Assembly (NCBI GenBank): GCA_030390025.1
Contig: CM059433.1
Coordinates: forward strand, 69,874,001 to 69,938,000
Source of the DNA: Squalus acanthias
Lineage: Eukaryota
Length of the DNA: 64,000 nt
Direction: 5' to 3'
Shown here: piece after piece, positions 24,922-36,100 of the stretch
Numbering within the stretch: position 1 is the first letter of the stretch
Layout: the number at the start of each line of letters is the position of its first letter
Notes under the pieces: generated by a model
The model's database searches: none
Seen by the model: the letters and a program-made list of their open reading frames with translations, nothing else
What the model was told of the DNA's origin: nothing
Made by a program: the position numbers and the translations under genes

Positions 24922-25269
24922 ATGACTAAGAAATGAAGGAGCAACAGATGTGCCAAGAAGAGCCATGGTCATGTCCAGCCTATCAGGTGCACAACCTGTG
25001 CCCGCTACGTCCCCAAGGACAAAGCCAGTAAGAAGTTTGTCATCAGAAACACTGTTGCAGCTGCTGCAGTCAGAGATATATCGAAGGCCAGCGTCTTTAA
25101 TGTACATGTGCTGCCCAAGCTGCACGTAAAATGGCATTACTGCGTCAGCCGTAACATTCACAGCAAAGTGGCAAGAAACCGTTCGCGGGAGGCCAGGAAG
25201 AGGAGACCTCTCCTCCACATGTCAGGCCAGACGCCTCTTGCCCACGAGTCAGTCCCCAAGCCTACATAA
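24922..25269 (+). pseudogene. RPS26: Processed (intronless) pseudogene of 40S ribosomal protein S26 (eS26)
   Basis: Translates [92 protein letters not shown]...PKPT*, collinear with vertebrate RPS26. Stop at codon 5, zinc-ligand Cys substitutions, degenerate C-terminus, no introns. AATAAA at 25302-25307. Confidence 0.95.
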
Positions 25270-25494
25270 GCATCAGCGGATCCTATAATTTGTTTTAAAA
25301 TAATAAAAATGTTGGACCACAGTTCAAAGTCTGCCTCCCATTGGTATCCACTTTGACAACCATCAGCCCAAAATGAATATAAAACAAATATCATACAAAC
25401 AACAACATTTTGAAAGCAGATTAATAAATACCCCCAAATTCCACTTTTATCGCATACAATGACATTAATCAAGGTCAAGTCCCAAGATTTCTCT

Positions 25495-25830
25495 TTTATT
25501 TTATTGGCTCTTGGGATGTGGGCAACAATGCAAGGATGTATTAATTAACCTGCCTTGGTTGCCCTGAGGGCATTAAGAATCAACCATGTTGGAGGGGACT
25601 GCAGTCACACGTTGCCCAGACCAGGTAGGGATGGCAAGTTCCCTTCCCTAAAAGGACATTAGCAAACCAGTTGGGTTTTTACAACAATATGGCAGATTTC
25701 AGTCATTTTTCTGCTGCCAGCACAAAAGTTTCACAAATTGATACTGAATTCAAATTCACAACTTATCATGGTGGGATCTGAACTCAAAACTTCCGGGTTG
25801 TTAATCCAGTACTATAGTCACTTAACCGTC
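25495..25830 (-). mobile_element. tRNA-derived SINE with second-family CR1 tail (diverged copy of 42285-42690)
   Basis: The reverse complement shares head (actggattaacaacccggaagttttgagttcagatcccaccatg) and tail (ttgcccacatcccaaga) with 42285-42690. Confidence 0.6.
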
Positions 25831-25879
25831 AGTAGGTAAAACCTAACCTCCAGGTGTATTAAACTTCCAAGCTTCAACT

Positions 25880-26262
25880 TCTCGGATGGCTCTGTGGATA
25901 AAAGCACTGCTCGGTGTGGTACTGAACCATGCAGACTACGAAGATCCCAGGTTCAATCTCTACGAGTTAATTGACCTCACCTGAATAGCAGTGGCACTTC
26001 ACAGTTTAGCTCCGTATCTTCAGACTGGGGGTGGGGAAGAGGAAGGAAATTATCTCCGATTGATAAGCAGAGGAAGCTGCTGGACATCTGCATGTGTGGA
26101 CATGATGTCATCGGATGAAGACAGGATCAGGCTCTCCCATTTGCAAACCTGCTAAAGTCACTGTTTAGGCTCAAACACGAAGAATGGCCACTTGAACAAG
26201 GAGGGCTGCTAACACTCAAGTCACTGCACATCAGCATGAGTCAGCATCTTAAGAGAAGCAGG
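25880..26262 (+). mobile_element. Ancient tRNA-derived SINE, AmnSINE2-like
   Basis: Motifs ggtgtggtactgaaccat, cccaggttcaat, gacaggatcaggctc, ctgtttaggctca.acacgaagaatggccacttg and tgagtcagcatctt match the recalled AmnSINE2 consensus. Other copies at ~32590-32770 (+), 34960-35275 (-), 40750-41250 (-) and 63090-63500 (-). Confidence 0.65.
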
Positions 26263-28039
26263 TAAACAACATCTTGAACCCTGCTGTAGTGCTACATCTA
26301 TTTTTTATATCAATAGTGCATATGAATTTTAAACCAATCTTCCACTCTTTTCTCAGACCTGACTACAACTCTCAATGTTAAATGGCACTATGGTTTCTTG
26401 AGACAAATGTCACAACCCAAAGCATAAAGCCTGATAAGCTCGGTAGTGGAGTAATAGAAGTAAAAAGGATTTTATAGTGTCTGGTCAGCTTATCCATGAG
26501 CACAAAAATGGTCGTCAGATTGAAAAATTGTTTTAGGCTCAGAGTGGGACAGGTTTTTGATAATTTTCTAATCCTAACTTCTCCCCAAACTTTGATTCTT
26601 CAGCCAAAGAAGCAATCCAAGCAGAACAGAGATTGATACAGCACTTCAATATTGTTTTAAGGACCATCCTCTCGAATGCACACATGGCACGTTTGGAATG
26701 TTTTCTGCACAGTAGCATGTGTCGTCCCTAAAGAGGTACAACACCAACAAACTGCTCTGAGAGACTTAAATCCAGTTCTGACGACAGCTCCCACTCATAA
26801 CACTAACTAATCTTTTCCCTTTCAAATGCGGAAAATGCGCCTGCTGTGCATTTCCAGTATTTGTTGCTTTTGATTCACATTTACAGTTTTTCTTTTTATC
26901 CCTAAATGTTTTGCACCAGTTATCCAAGATTTACAAGTTAGCAACTAAAAATTGTAACAGTTGCAACAGTAATTCTATCATACTCTTGTGAACCCCACTA
27001 TCACCTGGCTCTCAAATATCAAAGCAACAAGGTTGTAAAGTCTGATGTTTCAGAGGCAAGTACTCATAAGAAAAATGACATCATTTGTTTGGATAACTCT
27101 GTACATGATTCTGCTTTTCCTGTCTTACAACTGCAACAGTGTAAAGTGAATTTGAGCAGTAATACCGAAACATTCAAGGCGGTCCTTTCCTTTAGTAGGC
27201 AAAATTAGCTGGATATAAGTGACTAACAACCCCGAGAAAAACCTAATTATAGATACAAAAATAAGTCCACATTCGACGCCCGTTGCCTCCCAAGAATGAC
27301 ATTAAATTAGATGTAGTAAATGTAACTTAAAAACATCCCCAAGGAGTATGACAATATTTTTTAAAATCTATCATGCAGGAGAAAGTAAAAAAAGTTACCC
27401 AATAGTTTATGCATGCCTACACCTTTGAGTTAATCTGCCAAACAAGATTGTTTTGCCTGCTGCATTTTTAGGTTGGGTGGAGCTTTTCCAGAATGTTGGT
27501 CCATAGACTGCAGCAAGAAATGTGTTTCCCTTCATTTCTGATTCAGCAGCAGACCTTTGACTGCTGTCTCCAATATGCTTCTCATAGACTGTAATATGAT
27601 GTGAATTAACATCCAGGACCCACCAGTTGTAATTAATGCTCATTACAATTTTACAGAAATTAATTTTAAAACTGTATAATATACAAATAAAATGGCCACA
27701 AGATGTGATCTGGTGCTCATTTCAATGGGCTTGACTCAAATTCCGAACATACAAACATGCAAAATTGATGGGCAAAAAAAGACCAGCTGATCCTTCAAGC
27801 CTGCCCCACACACCATGACGGCTGGAGCATCATGACGAGACACTACACCACACCACCCACCCCGCAGAGTCATGTAGTCTCCTGGGAGAGGCAACGTTGA
27901 CAAAGCAAGTTAAAGCATTATGAAACCAGACTCAAAAGTCATTCGCAAACATTACCATTCAAATGTACTGCCAATAATAAATTATTATAGGACTCATTAC
28001 CTTCCTCCAATCTCCAGACTTTTGAAACCCAAGCTTAAT

Positions 28040-28600
28040 GTCCCAAGGCACTTCACAAGAGTGTTATCAGACAAAATTTGACACTGAGCCACGTAAGAGA
28101 TATTCGGACAGGTGACCAAAAACTTGGTCAAAGAGGTAGGTTTTAAAGAGCGACTTAAAGGAGGAAGAGAGGGGTAGAGAGGCGGAGAGGTTTAGGGAGG
28201 GATATCCAGAGCTTAGAACCTAGGCGGCTGAAGGCACGGCCGCCAATGGTGGAGCAATAAAAAACGAGAAGACGCAAGAGGCCAGAATTGAAGGAGCGCA
28301 GAGATCTCGGAGGGCTGTAGACTTTACAGAGATAGGGAAGAGCGAGGCTATGGAGGGATTTGAATAGAGGAATGCAAATTTTAAAATTAAGGCTATGCTG
28401 GACCGAGAGCCAATGTATACGGGGTGATGGGTGAACGGGATTTGGTGCGAGTTAGAATACAGGCAGCAGAGTTTTGGATGAGCTCAAGTTTCTAGAGGAT
28501 GGAAGGTGGGAGGCAGCCCAGGAGAGTATTGGAATAGTCGAGTCTGGAGGTAACAAAGGCATGGATGAGGGTTTCAGCAGCAGATGAGCTGAGGCAGGGG
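28040..28600 (-). mobile_element. L2 LINE 3' fragment
   Basis: Highly similar to 6850-7380. Confidence 0.85.
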
Positions 28601-29385
28601 TAAATAATCTAGTCTTAGTTTGACTAGAAAAAGCTAAATTGAGTCATCCTTAGTGAGATCAGGAATATCATAATGACTTAAAATTAAGTATTGCAGTATT
28701 TATAAACCCCAGCTCTTTGAAAGAAGGTTCAGCAGAAGCATGCTATTGCACTTATCTAGGAATAATAAGACTTAAAATCAGAGAATAGTACAGCACAGAA
28801 GGAGGCCATTCGGTCCATCGAGTCTGTGCCAGCTCTTTCGAAGAGCAATCCAGTTAGTCCCAATCCTCCGCTCTTTCCCAATATCCCTGCAATTCTTTCT
28901 CCTTCAAGTATTTATCCAATTCCCTTTTGAAGGCTACTATTGAACCTTTATCCACCACCCTATCAGGCCGTGCATTCCAAATCCTAATCACTCATTACAT
29001 AAGGTTTTTGCTCATGTCACCTCTGGTTCTTTTGCCAATCACCTTAAATCTGTGCCCTCTCGTTATTGACCCTTCAAACATTGGAAACAGTTTCTCTTTA
29101 TTTACTCTATCTAAATCCTTCATGATTTTAAACACCGCTATCAAATCTTCTCAGCCTTCTCTGCTCCAAGGAGAACAACGCCAGCTTCTCTACTCTTTCC
29201 ACATAACTGTATTCCCTCATACCTGGAACCATTCTAGTAAATCTCTTCTGTACTCCAAAGCTTTTACATCCTTCCTAAAGTGTGGTGCCCAGAATTTGAC
29301 ATAATACTCCAGCTGAGGCCGAACTAGTGTTTCATATAGGTTTAGCATAACTTCCTGGTTTTTGAACTCTATGCCTCTATTTATA

Positions 29386-29490
29386 TTCTGTATCTAATTT
29401 ACTTCACCTGAGGAAGGAGCAAATCGATAGCTCCGAAAGCTTGTGATTTCAAATAAAACTGTTGGACTATAACCTGGTGTTGTGCGACCT
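29386..29490 (+). mobile_element. 105-bp PLE-type insertion (second family) with 11-bp TSD, inside a CR1
   Basis: ctctatttata at 29375-29385 and 29491-29501 flank the insert, which carries a hammerhead motif followed by aataaa. Confidence 0.75.
29404..29446 (+). ncRNA. Minimal hammerhead ribozyme motif
   Basis: tcac-CTGAGGA-a-ggagc-aaatcgata-gctcc-GAAA-gc-TT-gtga: stem I tcac/gtga, stem II ggagc/gctcc, palindromic stem III AGCT. Confidence 0.78.
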
Positions 29491-30537
29491 CTCTATTTAT
29501 AAAGCCCAGGATCCCATATGCTTTATTAACTGAAGAAGTGCTTCCTGACATCACCCTTGAACAGCCTGGCTCTAATTTTAAGATTCTGTCCCCGTGTTCT
29601 GGACTTCCCCCTACCAGCGGAAATAGTTTCTCTCAATCTGCACTATCAACTCCTTTAATCATCTTAAACACCTCCATTAGATCACCCCTTAATGTTCTAT
29701 ACTCAAGGGACTACAAGCCCAGTCTATGCAACCTGTCCACATAATTTAACTCTTTTAGCCCCAGTATCATTCCGGTGAATCTGGGCAAATATTCTGAACT
29801 ATCTTTCTTAGGTACAAAGTGGATGACCTCACACTTCCCCATATTGAACTCCCTTTACCACAGTTTTGCCCACTCACTTCATCGATCAATGTTCCTTTAA
29901 TTTCAAGTCCCACTTTGTCACAGTCAAAAGATGCACCTCCCAGGCCTTCAGGGCCACAGAATGCACCAAAATTCCACAATAACTTGGCAAAGTCTGGAAC
30001 ATAAGAAACCATTTATCCTCTGTAGGAGCAATCCTGACAGCCTCCATTAGTGACAAGATACTGGACAGTAGGCACAATATTTTTATTGCATGTAAAACAA
30101 AAAAGTGAGACATTCTAGAATATAAAAAGTATGAAAGTAATACAATCCCAATTACCAATAAATCTCCCTGACTGGTGATCTTGTAGGTGTTGGCAGTATA
30201 AGGGAGCAGCGTAACAACTGGATATGATTTAATCATTAACTGTGTCAAAGCAGTGATGAGATAATTAGTCTGTTTTGCCTGAACTGATAATGTAGTTACT
30301 TCCACGAGACAAGCTAGCTCCTTTACAGGAGCACTCTGCTTTACTTTACCTTGCTAAAGAAATACACATTTTCAAGGGTTGTTCAGACAGAAACATAGCC
30401 AAGCAAAATTCTCAAATAAAGTGAGTAAAAAGACAACTGTTTTAGTCATGAACTTACTTCTCTTACACAGTCAATTCTTAAAAAGAAGATAAAATTCAAG
30501 CTTCCCCTTCAAAAAGCACAGAGCCTACAGAGACAGT

Positions 30538-30715
30538 CCGATATCGAACCATTACCAGAACAGCAGCTACTGTGCTGAAGAAACTTTGCATCAGCTGTTT
30601 CAACAGTTACAACTCCTCCCGGGATGTCATTATTTACCAAAGGCGCTCAGAAATGTAAAGTTCAGGCACGGCCCATCTTTTACAGTATGGCATACCAGTC
30701 AGTATCTCGAGACAC
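30538..30715. repeat. Unclassified ~178-bp dispersed repeat, copy 1
   Basis: Collinear with and highly similar to 40965-41143, with identical sharp ends ccgatat...ctcgagacac. Confidence 0.9.
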
Positions 30716-31329
30716 AGTATTCCCTTTCTAATCTGTTAGAGATAAAGCATAAGATTAATAAAAATCTGAGAAATCAAAACACACAAGTGCTGCACCAATC
30801 TCTAAAACACGATTTGCCATCTTTTGCCAAGGTGTCAAAAACTGTAGAAGGCTTAATAAGGGTGGCCTGAGTGCTGGTGTTTTCTTTGCTGCTAACTGAA
30901 AATCTTAATTACTAATGCTTCCACATACTAAGATATAGTGAAAACAAAACAGGCTTTTGGTATCTAGTTTACATTTCAGAAATTTTCCAAACAGCCCGCT
31001 CAAGCATTGGGCTCTCTAAGCTAAAGCCGGTTCTATTCTAAAAAGAGTGAAAATAAAAGTTCAATTAATACATTTTGATTATGGCCATCTCTAACAAAAC
31101 ATTGAGGTGAAACACTTCTTCTTGAAAAGGTAATAATTCAGCTAAATTAATGGCTGTAATTACTTTTTGTTGACAGCAACACTCCATCCTGCACTACACA
31201 GCCAGCCTGCTACCAAGCATCAGCTAAAACTGCCCTATAACCAACTATTAGGAGATGGAGGAGGGGAACAACTCTCCCTCAGGTCCTTCCCAAGGCAGAC
31301 TTGACCCCTTCTCCACCTTCTGAAGAGAA

Positions 31330-32241
31330 CGACACCAAATTGGGGGGCATAGCTAATACTGAGGAGGACTGCAACAAATTACAAGACGACATTAATAAAC
31401 TTGCAGAATGGGCATATGATTGGCAAATGAAATTCAACACAAATAAATTTGAGGTATTACATTTTGGTAAGAAAAATAGGGAGGTCACATATTACTTGGG
31501 AAATAAGAATCTAAATGGGGTAGAGGAGCAAAGGGATCTAGGAGTACAAATGCACAAATCACTAAAAGAATCCACACAAGTTAACAAGGCCATAAAAAAG
31601 GCAAACCAAGCACTCGGGTTTATTTCTAGAGGGATAGAATTGAAAAGTAGTGAAGTTATCGAACCTTGGTTAGACCACACTTGGAGTACTATGTGCAATT
31701 CTGGTTGCCATATTATAAAAAGGATATAGAGACACTGGAGAGGGTGCAGAGAAGATTTACAAGAATGATACCAGAAATGCAAGGGTATACATATCAGGAA
31801 AGGATGAACAGGCTGGGTCTCTTTTCTCTTGAAAAGACAAGGCTGAGGGGTGACCTAATAGAGGTCTTTAAAATCATGAAAGGTTTTGATAGAGTGGATA
31901 CAGAGTGACTGTTTCCGCTTGTGGGGAAGACCATAACTAGAGGCCATCAATATAAGATAGTCACCAAGAAATCAAATAGGAAATTCAGAAGAAACTTCTT
32001 TACCCAGAGAGTGGTGAGAATGTGGAACTCGCTACCACAGGGAGTGGTTGAAGCGAATAGTATAGATGCATTTAAGGGGAGGCTGGACAAGTATATGAGG
32101 GAGAAGGGAATGGGGGGTTATGCTGATAGAGTTAGATGAGGAAAGATGGGAGGAGGCTCGAGTGGAGCATAAACACCAGCATGGACTAGTTGGGCCGAAT
32201 GGCCTGTTTCTGTGCTGTATATCCTCTGTAATCCTATGTAA
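31330..32241 (+). mobile_element. CR1 LINE 3' fragment
   Basis: DTKLGG, WQMKFN, QRDLGV, VRPHLEY and TRGH motifs with frameshifts. Tail matches the reverse complement of 63795-64000. Confidence 0.93.
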
Positions 32242-33199
32242 AACATCCGGCCACTGGTGGCCTTCCAGTATCTTCACTGCTCAGACCAGTAGCTCATTAA
32301 ACCCATTTTTTAAGTTGCTGCCTGAACTTTTTGCTGTAGACATATTATGAAATTGATAACTCAGTGCTACCACACTCCAACAATATACACAAACAAATTC
32401 ACCAAATGGAAAAATATTGCTTCCAGAATTATACCACAAGGACATATGAAAAAGGAAAACAAATGCAGCACAACAAACTCTCTCCTTTGCCTTCACCAAG
32501 GAAAAATGTTCATTAATAAAAAGTTAAAATAAGTCTTCAGTTACTGCACCCTCAATGTCCTGCGGAATTAAGGTACCAATAGATCTAATACTAAGCCAGA
32601 ATATCAGGTTTGATCCCTAGTCTGTGTTGAGTTAGCTGACCTTAGCACTGCTGGGCTGGAGGTGGGAAAACATGAACGGTTTCTACTGCCAATTGCTATT
32701 TAGCGACTCCTGCTAGAAAGTGTAGGCATGCAGCGTTGGGCAAGAACAGGAAAAGGCTTGGGTGTGATGCTTTTGTAGTTGAATAATCTGCCAACACTCA
32801 CTCTCAATGCTCTGTGCATTGGGCAAAGAAGCATACTGGAATATAAATTCATACTTCAGGAGACAAGTGAAGAATACTGGAAAAAAAGTATTCGCAATCA
32901 CCGCTCCATGGAAAAGCACCATGTAAAACTTGCACTTTCAAACACAAACAGAAATCTGATGATGTTGGGGGGCCCTCTGAGATACCCTTGCAGACTCCAG
33001 TTTGAAAATTTACAGCCTATAATACAAAATTGCTACAAAATATACTCACCATTTAGTGACTCCTGTTGGAAAGTGGAGGTGCGATAGGATCAGGATGGTT
33101 GTAATGGTGAAACAGCTCACAGATGCTCATGCTGAAACACTCGGGTGAAATTTCAGACGGTTTCCAGTGTCTGTAAACTCCAACACGAGCCGCCGCTTT

Positions 33200-34850
33200 T
33201 AAGAACATAGGAACAGGAGTAGGCCATGCAGCCCCTCGAGCAAGTTCCGCCATCCAATTAACTCATGGTTGATCAGTCTCTTAATTCCATCTACCCGCTT
33301 TGGTTTCGTAACCCTTAATACCCTTGCCTAAAATAAATCTATCAATCTCAGTTTTGACATTTTCAATTGACCTAGCCTCAACAGCTTTTTGGTGGAGAGT
33401 TCCAGGTTTCCACTACCCTTTGTGCGAAGAAATGCTTTCTGACATCACCCCTGAATGGCCTAGCTCTAAATTTAAGTTTATGCCCCCTTGTTCTGGACTC
33501 TCCTACCAGAGGAAATAGTTTCTCTCTATCTACCCTATCAAATCCTTTAATCGTCCTAAACACTTCAATTAGATCACCCCTTAATGTTCTATATTCAAGG
33601 GAATACAAGCCTAGTCTATGCAACCTATCCTTATAATTTAACTCTTTTAGCCCCGGTATCATTCTGGTGAATCTGCGCTGCCCGTCCCATCCCCAACCCC
33701 TACCGCCTCCCCTCCTCCTCCTCCACCCCCCCTTCAAGGCCAGTATATCCTTCCTGAAGTGCGGTGCCCAGATCTGAATGCAGTATTCCAGGTGGGGTCT
33801 AACCAGAGCTCTGTACAGCTGTAACATAACTTCCTCCCAATTGTATTTCAGCCCTCTTGAGATAAAGCCCAACATTCCATTAGCCTTTTACATTATTTTT
33901 TGTACCTGTTCACTAGCGTTCAGTGATTTCTGTACTTGGACCCCTAAATCTCTCTGCTCCTCCACAGTTCCTAGCTTCTTGCTATTTAGAAAATACTTTG
34001 ATCTATCTTTTAGGTAGAAAGTGGATGACCTCACACTTTCCCACATTGAACTCCATCTGCCATAGCTTTGCCCACTTATTATCTATCAATGTCCCTTTGC
34101 AACTTTCTGCTCCCATCTACACTATTTACTGTGCCACCTAACTTGGTGTTGTCAGCAAACTTAGATATACGGCTCTCTATTCCTTTATCCAAGTCATTTG
34201 CAAATATAGTGAAAAGCTGTGGCCCCAGTACAGGTCCCAGGGGGACACCACAAGTCACATCCTGCCAATTTGAGTACAGACCCATTATCCCTACTCTCTG
34301 TCTCCTACCTAACCAATTCCCTATCCAAGCCAATAGGTTGCCTCCAATTCCAGCACTCTCATTTTTGTACGGTCTCTTATGTGGAACTTTATCAACTGCC
34401 TTCTGGAAGTCCATATAAATAACATCCATAGACACTCCCTTATCTACCAAGTTCTAGTAACTTTCCCACAACTGACATTAGACTAATAGGCCCATAATTT
34501 CCTAGTTATCGCTCTTAACCTTCTTAAATAATGAAGTGACACTGACAATTTTCCAATGCAAAGGGACAATTCCTGAATCGAGAGTGTTTTGGAAGATCAT
34601 GACTAACGCATCAACAATTTCTTCACCTACTTTTTTTAATACCCTGGGGTGGAAACCATCGGGTTCTGGAGATTTGTCTATCTTTAAGAACATTAATTTC
34701 TCCATCGCCATGTTTTTACTTATATTGAATCTAGTTAGTTCCTCACTTAGATTTAGTTTTAGTTTTCCTTGTATCTCTGGTATTTTATCCTCATCCTCTA
34801 CTGTGAAGACTGATACAAAGTAGCTATTTAGTACGTCTGCTATTTCCTGA
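33200..34850 (-). mobile_element. CR1 LINE ORF2 fragment and 3' tail
   Basis: Minus ORFs: KSPEPDGFHPRVLK; YMDFQKAVDKVPH..GVPLGPVLGP..FADNTK; VRPHLEYC..TRGH. Confidence 0.95.
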
Positions 34851-35859
34851 TTTTAGAAAAGGAAAGGAGGGCTGTAGTTATGATGCTGTGAGGCTACCTC
34901 AAAAATGCACCAAATTTCTTTTTGTTTTCAGAAACTGTTTTTCCCCCTTTGCATTTCTTGGATCTACCTGTACATCCACATGTGAATCCTGTGCTTAGAT
35001 CACGAGTGTCAGTAAATTATTCAACCGCAGGGGTCACTGCAGCGGAGCCCGATCCTCTCCTCACCCGGTGCCCACGCACACTCACTCGCAAAAGTCAGTA
35101 GATACCAAACAAAATAGGAACCTTAGAAGATTTTCCCCATATTTTTAGCCAAGGAAGGAAAAACCTGAGAAAGAGGATGATGTCAGCTGTAACACCCCGA
35201 AGGCTGTTCTATCTGAAATCAGCTAACTCAGCACGCTCCAGGAATCAAACCTGGGACCTTCCTGGTCGGTTTGGATTCGTGCAACAAAATGCTTTTGTTC
35301 TTCCATCAGGTATTGGGGGGGGTGGGGGGGGGGGGGTGAAGAAACAATAGCCAAATCGCTGTCCATACACAGCAAGATTGTACTTTGAAATTCTACTAAC
35401 CACTAAAGTTAAAACTCGATTGCTAATTTGCATTTACATTCCAGCTGTTTACTGTTCCTCATAGAAAGATTTAAAGTGAAGCTGTGCATAATTAACAGCT
35501 TTACTTACTGTTTAAGATGAAAGAAAATGTCTTCTTTCTCTGAAGCACATCAGGCGAAAACTGATTGAATCATGATTGGAGAATTATGCTTTTGTTTTTA
35601 ATTAAAAAGAAACATGCGCACCACATTACACCGGTCTTGTACAGTCAGCATTACAGCACTTGGCAGCAGCTCAATCTGCCAACAATACTCCATGTACTCG
35701 GGATCTTATTTTCAGATTAGAAAATTAAACCAAAAGAAACAACAACTGCAACAGAGCTAGCAGAATAATTGCAGGAAGAAAACTGCTATTTCTGTTCAAA
35801 CTTACAGTCTATTTGTCTGATGTTTTTAGTCAGAAGCACATTACATCTCAGCGTCAGCA

Positions 35860-36100
35860 TCAGTGGTTTGTTTTCAAGCTTTGCTGTATGGAGATCCCCT
35901 GCAATATTGACACACTCGCAGGAACCCCTGTCGAACTGCTAAAAAGACAGTCCTTTCCAGAAAACATCTTTATTACCATTTTATATATAAGACAACAGAA
36001 AATAACATGCTAGAAATACAGAAATCTGATGACAGCAAAGGCAGGGATCCTCTTGCAGGTTCCCTAGGGACCTAGGACCAGTTTGAAAACCTATGCCCTG
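35860..36100. mobile_element. hAT/Charlie-like MITE family, three diverged copies (also ~19250-19490 and ~32940-33015)
   Basis: Shared block acagaaatctgatga...cttgcag...tttgaaaa(c) in all three. ttttcaa / ttgaaaa inverted subterminal motif. Confidence 0.5.

Larger units (their letters stand above)
28780..29900 (-). mobile_element. Two abutting antisense CR1 3' fragments (~28780-29530 and ~29535-29900)
   Basis: Reverse complements of CR1 ORF2 C-terminus and tail (ggaaacagtttctc, agatcacccctt, tgtggtgcccagaat). Confidence 0.85.

Noticed and set aside
24730-25218. 162-aa minus-strand ORF
   Set aside because: Antisense shadow of the RPS26 pseudogene.
27407-27643. 78-aa minus ORF and possible exon
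   Set aside because: Poor donor site (AAG|GTGTAG) and no recognisable homology.
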